A DNA stretch of 61,005 nt. It comes from a virus (taxonomy: Duplodnaviria > Caudoviricetes). Under the pieces are notes generated by a model that was not told where the DNA came from, searched no databases, and saw nothing but the letters and a program-made list of their open reading frames with translations. A program made the position numbers and the translations under genes. Positions within the stretch are counted from its first letter, which is position 1. Each line of letters opens with the position of its first letter. The stretch is from positions 1-61,005 of IMG/VR virus record IMGVR_UViG_3300013286_000627; one strand, given 5' to 3'. Below, piece after piece: positions 6,743 to 17,225 of the stretch.

Positions 6743-7503
6743 TGAAAAAAGCATTTATAGTAACCAGCGCAATCGACGTGGATAACAACTATCCATTAAC
6801 GTATAATCCTGTAAGATCTTATTTTTCTAATGAAGAAAGATTGCGACAAACAATATCAACTGTTGCGGCCCTAGATTTAAGGTCAGATCCGGATACCACA
6901 ATCTATATTTTAGATATAAGTGAAAATTGGATCACATACAAAGTATTTTTCCTTTATCAAAAAAATCTAAAATTCATTAGTATTAGAGATCAATTTCCAG
7001 AGATTGTCGACACAGTAAACACACATCCTAATAAGAGCTATTGCGAATGTTTGATCATGTCTTCATTTTTAAGAAAATATAAAGAAGAATTAGATCAGTT
7101 TGACTACACAATCAAATTAAGTGGCCGTTATTTTATAGACAGAACATTCGATATTGATATTTTTAACAAATATAATACAGATAAAATATTTTATAAAGAG
7201 CCGCATGTATGGGATTGGGATGATTCTTGGAATTACAGCATAGTAGATAACAGAGAAAACCAAGGTGATAATACCTTAAGACAATACTGTTCTGTATTAT
7301 ATGGCTGGGGCCGAAAACATAATAATACATTTTTAGATATTCTAACTGCTGCATCTACTATGCTAGGACAATCTAACATGAGCCATATGGATATAGAAAC
7401 ATTGAGTTATTATTTTACAAGACCTTACGAAAAAGATATCATAGAAACTGACTGGATTGTCTATGGTTGGGACGGTGCTTCTGGTCATTTTAAGAGATAT
7501 TAA
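6742..7503 (+). CDS. Hypothetical protein, possibly glycosyltransferase-like
   Basis: 253-aa ORF coupled to the GT; KLSGRY motif. Confidence 0.6.
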   Translation: MKKAFIVTSAIDVDNNYPLTYNPVRSYFSNEERLRQTISTVAALDLRSDPDTTIYILDISENWITYKVFFLYQKNLKFISIRDQFPEIVDTVNTHPNKSYCECLIMSSFLRKYKEELDQFDYTIKLSGRYFIDRTFDIDIFNKYNTDKIFYKEPHVWDWDDSWNYSIVDNRENQGDNTLRQYCSVLYGWGRKHNNTFLDILTAASTMLGQSNMSHMDIETLSYYFTRPYEKDIIETDWIVYGWDGASGHFKRY

Positions 7504-7504
7504 T

Positions 7505-8062
7505 ATGAATGTAAGTTTAATAATTGTTGACAATTTTTATGCCAACCCTGATTCGGTTAGAAATTTTGCACTATCACAGGAATTTAGTGTTCGCGGAAAC
7601 TATCCCGGTACAAGAACACAGCCGTTTCTTACTGATGATGTTAAGGAAGCAATAGAGTTCAATATGCAGTTTGCAGGAAAAGTAACTGACTGGATGAACT
7701 ACGACACTGGTACATCATATACTGGAGCTTTTCAAATTGCCACAGCATCGGATAGAACATGGATCCATGCCGACCATAACAATATGTGGGCGGCAGTATG
7801 TTATCTAACTCCAGATGCCCCCCATACTGGTGGTACTGCATTGTATCGACATAAAGCTACCGGACTACATAATAGAGTAGACGATAGCTTTGAAGGATAT
7901 GATTATACCAAATGGGATAAATTTGATGTTGTTGGTAACAAATACAATAGGCTAGTTATATATCGTGGTGACCTATTCCACGCTAGTATTGATTACTTTG
8001 GTGATAATTTACAGAACGGAAGATTGTTCCAAACATTTTTCTTTAACACAGAACGATACTAA
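7505..8062 (+). CDS. 2OG-Fe(II) oxygenase-like protein (DUF6445-like)
   Basis: IIVDNFY, WIHAD (HxD), NRLVIYRGDLFH, RLFQTFF. Confidence 0.75.
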   Translation: MNVSLIIVDNFYANPDSVRNFALSQEFSVRGNYPGTRTQPFLTDDVKEAIEFNMQFAGKVTDWMNYDTGTSYTGAFQIATASDRTWIHADHNNMWAAVCYLTPDAPHTGGTALYRHKATGLHNRVDDSFEGYDYTKWDKFDVVGNKYNRLVIYRGDLFHASIDYFGDNLQNGRLFQTFFFNTERY

Positions 8063-8820
8063 TGATTTATAAGATTTGTCAAGTAATTTTTTCTACCAAT
8101 AGATTGCAATATCTAACCAAGACTCTAACCTCACAGACTAAATTAGATTTTGAAGGATGTGAAGTGGATAAGATTTTTATTGATGATTATCCGAAGGGCA
8201 GAAATGATATGCTAATTACTGCACTTGTTAAATCATTTGGTTACAATGAAACAATATTACACAAAGAAAATCAAGGCATTACAAAAACTTGGCAAGAATT
8301 TTATACACTAATTAAAGATAGGAATTACGATTATATATGGCAACAAGAAGATGATGCAGAAATTGTACATCCAATTAAAATTGTAGACCTAATTGATATA
8401 TTAAAACAAGATAGGACTTTATCTCAATTACAGTTAAAACGTAACAATTGGTATGCTTATGAAACTGAAGCTGTCATGTGTAAGGACGACGATCTTATCT
8501 TAAACAATTACAGATACGAAAAAGCAACTCCGTGGTTTTGGATGATGGCCGCATTATACCCTGCATGGATTTCTAGAGAGCCCATACTAGCGGCAACAGG
8601 AAACAACCCATCAGAATGTGTTGTTGCAAATTATCTGCAAGAACGTTATAATATAGGTTCAGGATTGTTAAAAACAATTGACGGTGATATTATGGTAAAT
8701 CACATAGGCGAGTTTAATAGAGGGCTACGAGTAGCCGAAGGCGAGCCAGGTTGGGAAGGATTTAAATTTATAGATCCGAATAAGAATTACAATTCTAGAA
8801 CAGGAGAAGAATATAAATGA
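8062..8820 (+). CDS. GT-A (GT2-like) glycosyltransferase
   Basis: IFIDD, ENQG, YIWQQEDD, HIG motifs. Confidence 0.75.
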   Translation: MIYKICQVIFSTNRLQYLTKTLTSQTKLDFEGCEVDKIFIDDYPKGRNDMLITALVKSFGYNETILHKENQGITKTWQEFYTLIKDRNYDYIWQQEDDAEIVHPIKIVDLIDILKQDRTLSQLQLKRNNWYAYETEAVMCKDDDLILNNYRYEKATPWFWMMAALYPAWISREPILAATGNNPSECVVANYLQERYNIGSGLLKTIDGDIMVNHIGEFNRGLRVAEGEPGWEGFKFIDPNKNYNSRTGEEYK

Positions 8821-9323
8821 AAGAAAAGTTCATAAACCTATACATGGACTGGGCAACCCGCACTGCCCAATTAAGTCATGCTAAACGATTACAAGTAGGT
8901 GCAGTCATTGTCAAAGACGACAGTGTTATTAGTTACGGCTATAACGGTATGCCTGCAGGGTGGGATAACAACTGTGAAGATAAGGTTTGGGATGCAGGTG
9001 CCGGTGGCTGGTTAGATCCAGACGAATTTGAAGCCAAATATCCTTATGAAGGATGGCATGAAGGTGCTCAACGTGAGGTCCGTTATGGACTGAAAACTAA
9101 ACCAGAAGTATTACATGCCGAATCAAATGCTATTGCGAAATTGGCAAAGTCTAACAACGGTGGTGCCGGGGCTGACCTATTTGTTACTCACATGCCTTGT
9201 CTCGACTGTGCCAAACTCATTTATCAGTCAGGTATTAGTCGTGTATGGTATGGTGCTAACTATCGAGATGATGCGGGGATCAATTTCCTCAAAAAATCCG
9301 GAGTAGAGATTAATCGGGTATGA
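8817..9323 (+). CDS. dCMP deaminase
   Basis: GYNG, HAESNAI, PCLDC Zn motifs. Confidence 0.92.
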   Translation: MKEKFINLYMDWATRTAQLSHAKRLQVGAVIVKDDSVISYGYNGMPAGWDNNCEDKVWDAGAGGWLDPDEFEAKYPYEGWHEGAQREVRYGLKTKPEVLHAESNAIAKLAKSNNGGAGADLFVTHMPCLDCAKLIYQSGISRVWYGANYRDDAGINFLKKSGVEINRV

Positions 9324-9880
9324 AAATAGCAATAACCGGTTACACATCTGGAATAGGAAAATCATTATCCAAAGGTTTTGAGAATCAAGGGCACAAGATA
9401 ATCGGATTTAATAGATCCACTTCTGCAAATATATCTTCAGATCTTGGAATTGATAAGATAGTAGATGCTGTTAAGGATTGTGATATATTCATCAACAATG
9501 CATACGACACTCAAAAAATTAGAACTACATTAGGATTTGCACAAACTGTATTACTGTACAAAATTTGGTATATGTGGCAAGGACAAGCCAAGATAATTAT
9601 TAATATAGGTAGCAGAACTTCAGATGTTAATCATAATAAAATCTGGCCATATGCTATTCATAAAATTTCTTTAGATGAAGCTGTTAAACAATTAAGAAAT
9701 CTTAATACAACACGCCCCCAAATTATAAATTTAAAACCTGGATATGTAGATACTAATCAAGTTTCAGATATCTCCGGAGTTACTAAAATGGACCCTAACT
9801 ATATATTTGATATCTGTAATTGGGCAATAAATCAGAAACATTTGATTTTTGATTTATCATTCGAACCTAGACCACAATAA
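9320..9880 (+). CDS. Short-chain dehydrogenase/reductase
   Basis: TGYTSGIG, NNA, YAIHK (YxxxK). Confidence 0.85.
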   Translation: MKIAITGYTSGIGKSLSKGFENQGHKIIGFNRSTSANISSDLGIDKIVDAVKDCDIFINNAYDTQKIRTTLGFAQTVLLYKIWYMWQGQAKIIINIGSRTSDVNHNKIWPYAIHKISLDEAVKQLRNLNTTRPQIINLKPGYVDTNQVSDISGVTKMDPNYIFDICNWAINQKHLIFDLSFEPRPQ

Positions 9881-9889
9881 GGAAATGCA

Positions 9890-10642
9890 ATGGCAATCAA
9901 GGGATTAGGTAGCAATAGGAAACCATTTTTCTATTTAGATGAATATGTAAAAGCACCAAACTGGGAACAATTACACGCAGATATATGTTATGGGTTAAGT
10001 CAAAGCCCGTGGGATAAAAAATTTGTATCTAGTGGAGTACATGTCGATTGGCTGAATAATGAAATTACTCCTTACATGGCAGAGATTGGTAAACATGTTA
10101 CTGAATATGAAAAAAGTTTATTTGACAAATGTGTAACTATTGCTGAAAAAATAAAATTTGTCCAAGCACTTCTACCAGTATCTCACCCATTTTGGACATT
10201 ATGTATACGAGACAATAAACGTGTAGAAATGACAGGAGTTATGAATAAGTCAGTAGGTGCAGATTGTTATTGGACTGAAGTTTCTAAATTTTTTCCTACA
10301 CTAGTTCAATTCATAGAAACATTACCGTTCGAACAAATAGGACGAGTTATTTTCTTTATAACAGAATCAAATAATCAAACTGTTCCGCATTATGATTATT
10401 ACGGAGATCCTAAAGATAAAACACACGACGACTTTATTTGGTTTACAACTAAATCTAATAGTAAATCAGTATATGTAATGGACGGAGGAACTAACGAAAA
10501 GTTCTATGCAGATCCTGATAAAAAGTTTGTATGGTTTAATGAAATGGATTTTCATGGTACTGATCCTGTTCCCCATTTTAGTTTTTCTATTAGAATAGAC
10601 GGAGTATTTAGATCTGATGTTCGAGATGAAGTTCGGGCTTGA
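9890..10642 (+). CDS. 2OG-Fe(II)/cupin oxygenase-like protein
   Basis: PHYD...FHG...SIRIDG pattern. Confidence 0.6.
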   Translation: MAIKGLGSNRKPFFYLDEYVKAPNWEQLHADICYGLSQSPWDKKFVSSGVHVDWLNNEITPYMAEIGKHVTEYEKSLFDKCVTIAEKIKFVQALLPVSHPFWTLCIRDNKRVEMTGVMNKSVGADCYWTEVSKFFPTLVQFIETLPFEQIGRVIFFITESNNQTVPHYDYYGDPKDKTHDDFIWFTTKSNSKSVYVMDGGTNEKFYADPDKKFVWFNEMDFHGTDPVPHFSFSIRIDGVFRSDVRDEVRA

Positions 10643-11201
10643 ATAAGGTATTGATTATGCAATTGTCTTTTGAAATTGCTCGTTGAACAAAGTGTTTATA
10701 ATAACTCATTGCCTGCGGACGAGAAATTGTTTGGTGAGGGACCCAATTTCTTACTACAAATCCAGTATCAAGAATTCCTTTGTCTAGATTAATTTTATTT
10801 TCTTTTGTCCATAATGAACCATCAGGCAAAACAGAATCAGCTTCATTAAGTAAAAAATAATCATCAACTATCTTTTGAGTTTTCCATATTTCTATGTAAT
10901 CAATACTTTGAGATACAGTGTTCAATGTTTTTACACGCCAAACTAAATCACCATTGTTTCCGCTGATATCAAATAGTTTATTATGTTGATACCAGTATTC
11001 TTGAATATGCGTAGTAGATTTTCTAATATTCATTCCGGGAATGTCTTTTCCCGTAAAGTAATTTTTTAGGAACGTATCATTATCTGTTAAATGTTGTATC
11101 CATACATATCTAACTGCCCAATAATTACCATTGTCTGGTTCAATTAATGGGGTCATCTCTGCATCATATTGAAATGTTTGATTAGTAGTTGCAATTATCA
11201 T
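10608..11201 (-). CDS. Hypothetical protein
   Basis: 197-aa ORF; TAAATA 5 nt before ATG. Confidence 0.7.
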   Translation of the reverse strand: MIIATTNQTFQYDAEMTPLIEPDNGNYWAVRYVWIQHLTDNDTFLKNYFTGKDIPGMNIRKSTTHIQEYWYQHNKLFDISGNNGDLVWRVKTLNTVSQSIDYIEIWKTQKIVDDYFLLNEADSVLPDGSLWTKENKINLDKGILDTGFVVRNWVPHQTISRPQAMSYYKHFVQRAISKDNCIINTLFKPELHLEHQI

Positions 11202-11225
11202 AAATATATTTATTAGGGAGTATAT

Positions 11226-11603
11226 ATGAAGGTTATAAAAATTGTTACAACTATATCCAACGAAGTGGTTAACCGTAGTATATCATATAACGACTATATA
11301 AAAAGTATGGTTGGTGAAAATTTATTGGCAAGATTTGTTCCAAATATCGAAGATAGATCAATAATAGCATTTAAACAAACATTAACAAATTCAAAAACTA
11401 ATCTAGAACATGTAATGATAATAACCGACGAGTCAATGGATCAAATTATGACTATAATAGACGGGATTAAAACTGCTGCTGGATCTGAAATCTTCTTGAG
11501 TTCGTCTACATTCGATATGTCTCATGAAGAAATTATAAATTTTTTAAATACCGAAACTTCGGACGATCATCGATTACAGATTTATGACTTCAGCATATTC
11601 TAA
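11226..11603 (+). CDS. Hypothetical protein
   Basis: GGAG SD; 125 aa. Confidence 0.7.
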   Translation: MKVIKIVTTISNEVVNRSISYNDYIKSMVGENLLARFVPNIEDRSIIAFKQTLTNSKTNLEHVMIITDESMDQIMTIIDGIKTAAGSEIFLSSSTFDMSHEEIINFLNTETSDDHRLQIYDFSIF

Positions 11604-12204
11604 TTTAACATCTAGAAACTTAACGATCAACGATATAGAGATAATAGAAAAATGTGTTAGGGCACATTCAACAATGTACAGTATTCTCATCGACCACGAT
11701 GTGTATATAGAAAGATTTAAAGATACATTAACCACAGGATATGTTATTGGCGCATTTAATTCAGATAATGTATGTGTCGGTATATGTACACAATCATTTT
11801 GGAAACGGATGCCAGTTTGGACATTCTCAAATGCCTTTATGCTAAACAGCCCAGAAAATAGACGATACGATAATAAGTGTATCGATACTGCTGGAATATT
11901 TTTAGAACAAATTGTAATTAACGGAGAAGCTCGAGATTGTGTCGAAGGGTATGCTATTATTCGAGATAACGCCAAACAAACAAGAATAAAACAATCTATT
12001 AAACGATACTACGGTTATAATAGTCCTGTATTAAACAAATACGATTTAATGATTATACAACATATTCAAAGCGTGGAAGATATAAAATGGGATTATGTTT
12101 TACCTATTATAGGAGACATAGGATTAAAGGCATTAAATCCTCCATACAATAAAACACTGTCTGTATATAGATTATCGATTAAACCTGAATATCGATTTGT
12201 TTAA
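11584..12204 (+). CDS. Hypothetical protein, possible GNAT fold
   Basis: RNLTINDIE...YVIGAFNSDNVCVG pattern typical of GNAT N-termini. Confidence 0.5.
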   Translation: MTSAYSNLTSRNLTINDIEIIEKCVRAHSTMYSILIDHDVYIERFKDTLTTGYVIGAFNSDNVCVGICTQSFWKRMPVWTFSNAFMLNSPENRRYDNKCIDTAGIFLEQIVINGEARDCVEGYAIIRDNAKQTRIKQSIKRYYGYNSPVLNKYDLMIIQHIQSVEDIKWDYVLPIIGDIGLKALNPPYNKTLSVYRLSIKPEYRFV

Positions 12205-12775
12205 TTAACTCTTTAAACGGTATATTGAATCCGTAGGTAATTAGATACCTCGGAATATTAATATCTCCAGAAACACTGTGCAATATATTGGTGTTTAGCA
12301 AGTAACCTACACCATCTTCCAATACATACTCTGTAGAGTCTGTATCAAATGTATTCCAATTGTTGTCATTACTAACTCTTGTTACTGCACTATTTGTATT
12401 TTTTAATCCAATATTAATACACGACAATCTTCCAGCTTCGTCTTTATGTTTATAAATGTTGCCGGTAGTTTTCATTAAATGTACCCTACGAGGATTTATT
12501 GTAATAACAGTTGACAATGCTAATACAATTTGTTCTGCCATTTCTTTTAATATTGGATTTTTCAAAGTGTTACGAGTAAAACTAATTGTACCTTCAAAAA
12601 AGTTTTCATCTCTAGGCCTACCTTGATATGATCTGTAATCCATCCAGCAGGTATAATCAGGTATATTAAACTCACTGCCATAAACATGAATTACTGTTTC
12701 TAATTTATCTGCTTCTGTAATATATTTTTCAAATTTAGCAGTATCAATTAATTTGCCAAGATTAATTAATGACAT
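12179..12775 (-). CDS. Asp/Asn beta-hydroxylase-like 2OG-Fe(II) oxygenase
   Basis: KHKD, LLNTNILHSV, RYLIT. Confidence 0.7.
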   Translation of the reverse strand: MSLINLGKLIDTAKFEKYITEADKLETVIHVYGSEFNIPDYTCWMDYRSYQGRPRDENFFEGTISFTRNTLKNPILKEMAEQIVLALSTVITINPRRVHLMKTTGNIYKHKDEAGRLSCINIGLKNTNSAVTRVSNDNNWNTFDTDSTEYVLEDGVGYLLNTNILHSVSGDINIPRYLITYGFNIPFKELIKQIDIQV

Positions 12776-13551
12776 TATAATAAAGGTAAAAATATTCTAC
12801 AGGGATCATATTCCCACCATTTAACTCCAAAGTTAAATGCAGAAGGATCATTATGATGATTATTATGCCAACCCTGTCCCCATCCTAGATAACCAAAGAA
12901 CATATTGTTGTACGAGTTATCTTTAGTTTCAAAGTTTCTATAACCTATAGTACCCTTTATATGACCAAACACATTGACTAGATTATCTTGTAGTAATGAT
13001 AAACAAACCGGAAGGCAAATTAACATTAAACTTACCTGCCAATCAATCAATGCAATCAATAAAGGAACTCCCCATAGTATGCGCATCTGATTATTATGAA
13101 ACCAAATATGATTAGACTTGCGTAATAAGTTACTTGCATATTTCAAATTAATTCCGGGATTATTTTCTGTTATTAGCGTAGCCCATCCAAAAAATGCATG
13201 ATACAATCCGCGGACAGGACTATGCAAATCTTTTTCAGTATCAGTATATCTGTGATGATATCCTCTATGTATTGCAGCCCATGTTATACTAGACCCCTGA
13301 CCACTCAATGCTCCAAAGAATAATATAATATTTTCTTTCCATGTTGGAAGATTAGGATGAGTATTATGCGAAAATACCCTATGATATCCTACTGCAACTC
13401 CTAGTCCTGCAATTAATACCCAACCAATTAATGTTAAAAATAGATAAGACACCGGTATAATTTCTAGTGCTAATAGACAGATAGTGGCCATTCCTATTAA
13501 TACAAAGGGAACAAAACTTAACCAAGAATATTTTGATATATTTTTAAACAT
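12775..13551 (-). CDS. Membrane fatty-acid (delta-9 type) desaturase
   Basis: His boxes HRVFSH, HRGYHH, GWHNNHH; TM segments. Confidence 0.92.
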   Translation of the reverse strand: MFKNISKYSWLSFVPFVLIGMATICLLALEIIPVSYLFLTLIGWVLIAGLGVAVGYHRVFSHNTHPNLPTWKENIILFFGALSGQGSSITWAAIHRGYHHRYTDTEKDLHSPVRGLYHAFFGWATLITENNPGINLKYASNLLRKSNHIWFHNNQMRILWGVPLLIALIDWQVSLMLICLPVCLSLLQDNLVNVFGHIKGTIGYRNFETKDNSYNNMFFGYLGWGQGWHNNHHNDPSAFNFGVKWWEYDPCRIFLPLL

Positions 13552-13566
13552 ATTACTATTTAATGG

Positions 13567-14166
13567 TTACAGGCGGCCACCATTAAAAAGTTCCGCTCGA
13601 TACTGTTGTTTTAAAAACGTGCATCGAACAATAGTATCTACAGGAACTAATGTGCGATTATATAATATTTGCCACGGCAAGGTAAACATGCATTGATGTC
13701 TTTCACTTACATAGAATTCATCAAAGTAATCATATCGTTCATTGCTAGTTTTACTAAATGCAAGTCTCCTGTAGATATGTTGGTACTTTAGTGGAAACAT
13801 ACTGTAGAACTTATATCTGCCCTGTTCTTCATTATGGGCTATTACCTGATCTAAAATAAGTTTAATTTCGGCAGGTTTATTGCCTGTAGTTCTTACATGA
13901 CTCCAATACCAACTTGCATCATCGTTTGATTCGTAAAATCCAATGAGAGAATTTATTTCGCCAGCGGCATTTTCTGCTCCGTATGCATGGTAATTTTTTA
14001 GCCCCGACATATATGTAGATATAAACGACTCGTGATAAAACTCTGAAAAGTCTTCTTCTGATCCAATAAAATAATTTTTAGAATGTTCAACACCCATAAA
14101 CTTCGGTAGTTTAAATAGATGTCTAATGGTGCTGGTATGTTTGTTAGTTAATTTAACTATTTTCAT
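13567..14166 (-). CDS. Hypothetical protein, possible GNAT fold
   Basis: 199-aa ORF in operon; KIVKLTNKH...AYGA pattern. Confidence 0.5.
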   Translation of the reverse strand: MKIVKLTNKHTSTIRHLFKLPKFMGVEHSKNYFIGSEEDFSEFYHESFISTYMSGLKNYHAYGAENAAGEINSLIGFYESNDDASWYWSHVRTTGNKPAEIKLILDQVIAHNEEQGRYKFYSMFPLKYQHIYRRLAFSKTSNERYDYFDEFYVSERHQCMFTLPWQILYNRTLVPVDTIVRCTFLKQQYRAELFNGGRL

Positions 14167-15080
14167 TTTTTACCTTTAAGTATTTTAATGATACTATGAT
14201 ATTCTATTCCGTCTAAACTAGGTTCTAACCTGATAATTTGTTCATTAGCCAATTGCCTATAACTTTCAAAATTAAACCCTAGTAATTTTTCAAATCCGTG
14301 TGTTTTTTTTCTTAATCTAATATCTGGTAATAGCTTTTTTAGAATATTATTTTTACTGCTTACTGATGATAGTTTATAATTGTACTTGTTTGAAACTAGG
14401 GATTTTATATCTGGATCTTCTAGATAATATAATAACAATTCAGGAGTGTAACTAAAGTATTCATTCACCAAAGGAATATTGTATAGGTTACTGAACCGCA
14501 TAGCACTGGCATCTTCATTTTCTCTAAAACAATAATACCATGTACTAGGATCAGTACCTATATTTCTTTTCAACATAGCTTCGCCGCCCATAATAGCAGG
14601 TAATCCCAATTTTAAAATACTGTAATAAACCATTAAGTAGGTAATTTGTGTACATTGTAATTGTTTTCCAAATTCACTAGCTTCTCCGCTATACATGAAT
14701 TCTTTAACATCAAAATCAATAATGTGTAATGGGAGATTTAATTCTTTCGATAAATCTATTGCTTCATTCACATCGTCTGCATTATAATCGCCATTAAACT
14801 TTATGGTATAACAGGTAGGAATAATTCCTATATCTAAAAAATTACGAGCTACTATCTCGCTATCGGTTCCGCCGCTGAGAAACAATGCAAAGTCTTTTCC
14901 GTAATCTTTGTAGATTAAATCAGCGGTCCTAATTAATTCATTTTTAAAGTTACTTTGCCTAAAATGATCCTTATCTATTTTGCCTACACTGATATTAAAC
15001 AATTCTTGAGAATTTGTTCTATGACCAAATTCATTATTGCCTATAATATAAGATAAATGATTGTTATAGGTAAAGTTCAT
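14163..15080 (-). CDS. PP-loop ATP pyrophosphatase (asparagine-synthase-like domain)
   Basis: LFLSGGTDSE PP-loop. Confidence 0.75.
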   Translation of the reverse strand: MNFTYNNHLSYIIGNNEFGHRTNSQELFNISVGKIDKDHFRQSNFKNELIRTADLIYKDYGKDFALFLSGGTDSEIVARNFLDIGIIPTCYTIKFNGDYNADDVNEAIDLSKELNLPLHIIDFDVKEFMYSGEASEFGKQLQCTQITYLMVYYSILKLGLPAIMGGEAMLKRNIGTDPSTWYYCFRENEDASAMRFSNLYNIPLVNEYFSYTPELLLYYLEDPDIKSLVSNKYNYKLSSVSSKNNILKKLLPDIRLRKKTHGFEKLLGFNFESYRQLANEQIIRLEPSLDGIEYHSIIKILKGKK

Positions 15081-15616
15081 TGTTGATATTCTACGACATA
15101 TTGATCTGTATAATATACAGTTTTCATTCCCACAGGTGTAAACCTCTTATAGATTTCCGGCCAATTATTATAAAGGGCCGGACGCTTACCAGTCGATGCT
15201 CTTAAAAACCAATTATAAATTGCTTTATTATGCTCATTGCAGGTAATCCAGATCTTTTTGTAATTACTTGCTTCTTGTATTGCTTTAGGCAATATATGAT
15301 TACCTATATGGTATCTTGCACGATGTTCTGGAACAATATACATTCTAGTCAATACCAATACAACAGTTGGATCTAACTCATATTCATTCCATCCTGCGCT
15401 ACAGATATACTTTCCATCTTCCTCTATAATAAAGTATTTTCCACGACCTTTTTGATAACGACCTTGTGACAATATATAAAATAAGTTACCAGGCTGGTCT
15501 GAAAAATCTGGATGATAATTTTTTATGTATTTAGAATCATTTATTGTATCCAAACCAGTCTTTAACAAATTAACCAACACTTGATCTGTTAAATCGTGTA
15601 TACTGTGTATTATCAT
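15077..15616 (-). CDS. GNAT-family acetyltransferase
   Basis: RMYIVPEHRARYHIG acetyl-CoA motif A; start at MIIHS after TATAAATA. Confidence 0.75.
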   Translation of the reverse strand: MIIHSIHDLTDQVLVNLLKTGLDTINDSKYIKNYHPDFSDQPGNLFYILSQGRYQKGRGKYFIIEEDGKYICSAGWNEYELDPTVVLVLTRMYIVPEHRARYHIGNHILPKAIQEASNYKKIWITCNEHNKAIYNWFLRASTGKRPALYNNWPEIYKRFTPVGMKTVYYTDQYVVEYQQ

Positions 15617-15671
15617 CCTATATTTATAGGGTAATTTATACCACACCATAATTTCAAGTTAAATAATTTAC

Positions 15672-16202
15672 ATGGCGTCATCTTCTATAATTTCATCATT
15701 TGATCACACAGAGATGTTATCAGAATATCAACGACTTGCTGATAAAATACAATGGTTAGACAGTCCAGAAAAAGGTCAGCAAACTGGAGTGCAATATGCA
15801 GATGGTGAGGATCCTTTTTTAAGTGCTGTAGGAAAACTACAACCTGGCAGAATAGAAACAGATTACAATGTAATAAATCCCCTATTTCAAAATACCATAT
15901 TTGAAGATGTTATAAAGAAATATAAGTTATACAGATCAAGGCTAATGTGGTCATCGGGTAAGTCTTGCTACAGTATACATAAAGATAAATCGCCAAGATT
16001 GCATATTCCGCTAATAACCAATCCAGATTGTATGTTTATTTTTCCGAATAATCCTCAACTAATTCATCTTCCGGCGGGTAATATATATGCAGTAAACACG
16101 TTAGAAAACCACAGTTTCTGCAATTTTTCCGATAGTTCTAGATTGCATTTTATGGGCTGTATATCTGTAAAAGACTACGGTATCCTTATAAAATCCTGCT
16201 AA
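15672..16202 (+). CDS. Asp/Asn beta-hydroxylase-like 2OG-Fe(II) oxygenase
   Basis: IHKD, RLHIPLITNP, HSFCN, RLH. Confidence 0.8.
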   Translation: MASSSIISSFDHTEMLSEYQRLADKIQWLDSPEKGQQTGVQYADGEDPFLSAVGKLQPGRIETDYNVINPLFQNTIFEDVIKKYKLYRSRLMWSSGKSCYSIHKDKSPRLHIPLITNPDCMFIFPNNPQLIHLPAGNIYAVNTLENHSFCNFSDSSRLHFMGCISVKDYGILIKSC

Positions 16203-16227
16203 ATATTTAGGTATACAGGAGATATAC

Positions 16228-16962
16228 ATGGCTAGAAATACTGGAAAGTTTGATTGGTCATTGTTAGACCGCCAGAGTCTAATAGACGCCCTTGCCTTAA
16301 TCGCTCCAAAAGTAGTCAATAAGCAGCTCAAAGTTGACACATATCATAGAATATTTTCCAAACATATCAAATCAATGCTGCCTGTAATAGTTGCCAAACG
16401 TTCTGATAAAGCAGTAGAATTTAACTGTTCATATCTAGGTGGCGCATACTACAGCGACAATGATAAAGCTCGACAGAAATGCATTGAAATAGTCCTAGTT
16501 TATAACCCGTTTGACAAATTTATAACCGTTTCTAGGTCAAAATTCAACAGATTATGCAGTTTATTTGCAGATACTATCCTCCACGAAGTTATACACATGC
16601 GTCAGCATCGAAGAAGAAAGTTCAAAGATTTACCAGATTATGCCAGCACTGCTGAAAAGGATGAGCAAAATCAGGAACAAAGTTATCTAGGTAAGAGTGA
16701 TGAAATAGATGCATATGGATTTAACATTGCCTGCGAACTCCTAACAAAGTTCAATAGCGATCATCAGCTAATTTACCAATACTTAAACGAAGATCAAAGT
16801 AAGAAGAAAAGAAGAAGCAACTGCTGGAGAGAATATCTCAATGCATTTGACCATGATCACAATCACATTATTATCAAACGATTAAAGTCAAAGGTCATAC
16901 GCTATCTACCTCACGCAGAAGCAGGTAGGCCATATCGTAACAAAGAGTGGATAGGTCGATAA
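16228..16962 (+). CDS. Hypothetical protein with HExxH zinc motif
   Basis: HEVIH...EIDAY; AGGAG SD. Confidence 0.7.
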   Translation: MARNTGKFDWSLLDRQSLIDALALIAPKVVNKQLKVDTYHRIFSKHIKSMLPVIVAKRSDKAVEFNCSYLGGAYYSDNDKARQKCIEIVLVYNPFDKFITVSRSKFNRLCSLFADTILHEVIHMRQHRRRKFKDLPDYASTAEKDEQNQEQSYLGKSDEIDAYGFNIACELLTKFNSDHQLIYQYLNEDQSKKKRRSNCWREYLNAFDHDHNHIIIKRLKSKVIRYLPHAEAGRPYRNKEWIGR

Positions 16963-16991
16963 TTGACTTAACTTAAAATTCATGCTATAAT
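16963..16991 (+). promoter_or_regulatory. sigma70-type promoter
   Basis: TTGACT-N17-TATAAT; ATG 6 nt downstream. Confidence 0.85.
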
Positions 16992-16997
16992 AGTAGC

Positions 16998-17225
16998 ATG
17001 ACATACACTGTTCACCAAAGCCAAATTCGCACTATCAAACCGGGCGATCCTAATTTTGTAATCATCGCTGGACTAGAGCAAGCACACCGAGCCGGGATTG
17101 AAATCAGTCAACGATGCCCAGAAAATTACAAAGATCTTATACTAGAGTGTATCCAGCACGGTTGGCTCAAACCTGTAGCCAATGTCACAGAGCGTGAACT
17201 TATTTTTATGGGGCTCACTAAATGA
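16998..17225 (+). CDS. Hypothetical protein
   Basis: 75-aa ORF directly after the promoter. Confidence 0.7.
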   Translation: MTYTVHQSQIRTIKPGDPNFVIIAGLEQAHRAGIEISQRCPENYKDLILECIQHGWLKPVANVTERELIFMGLTK

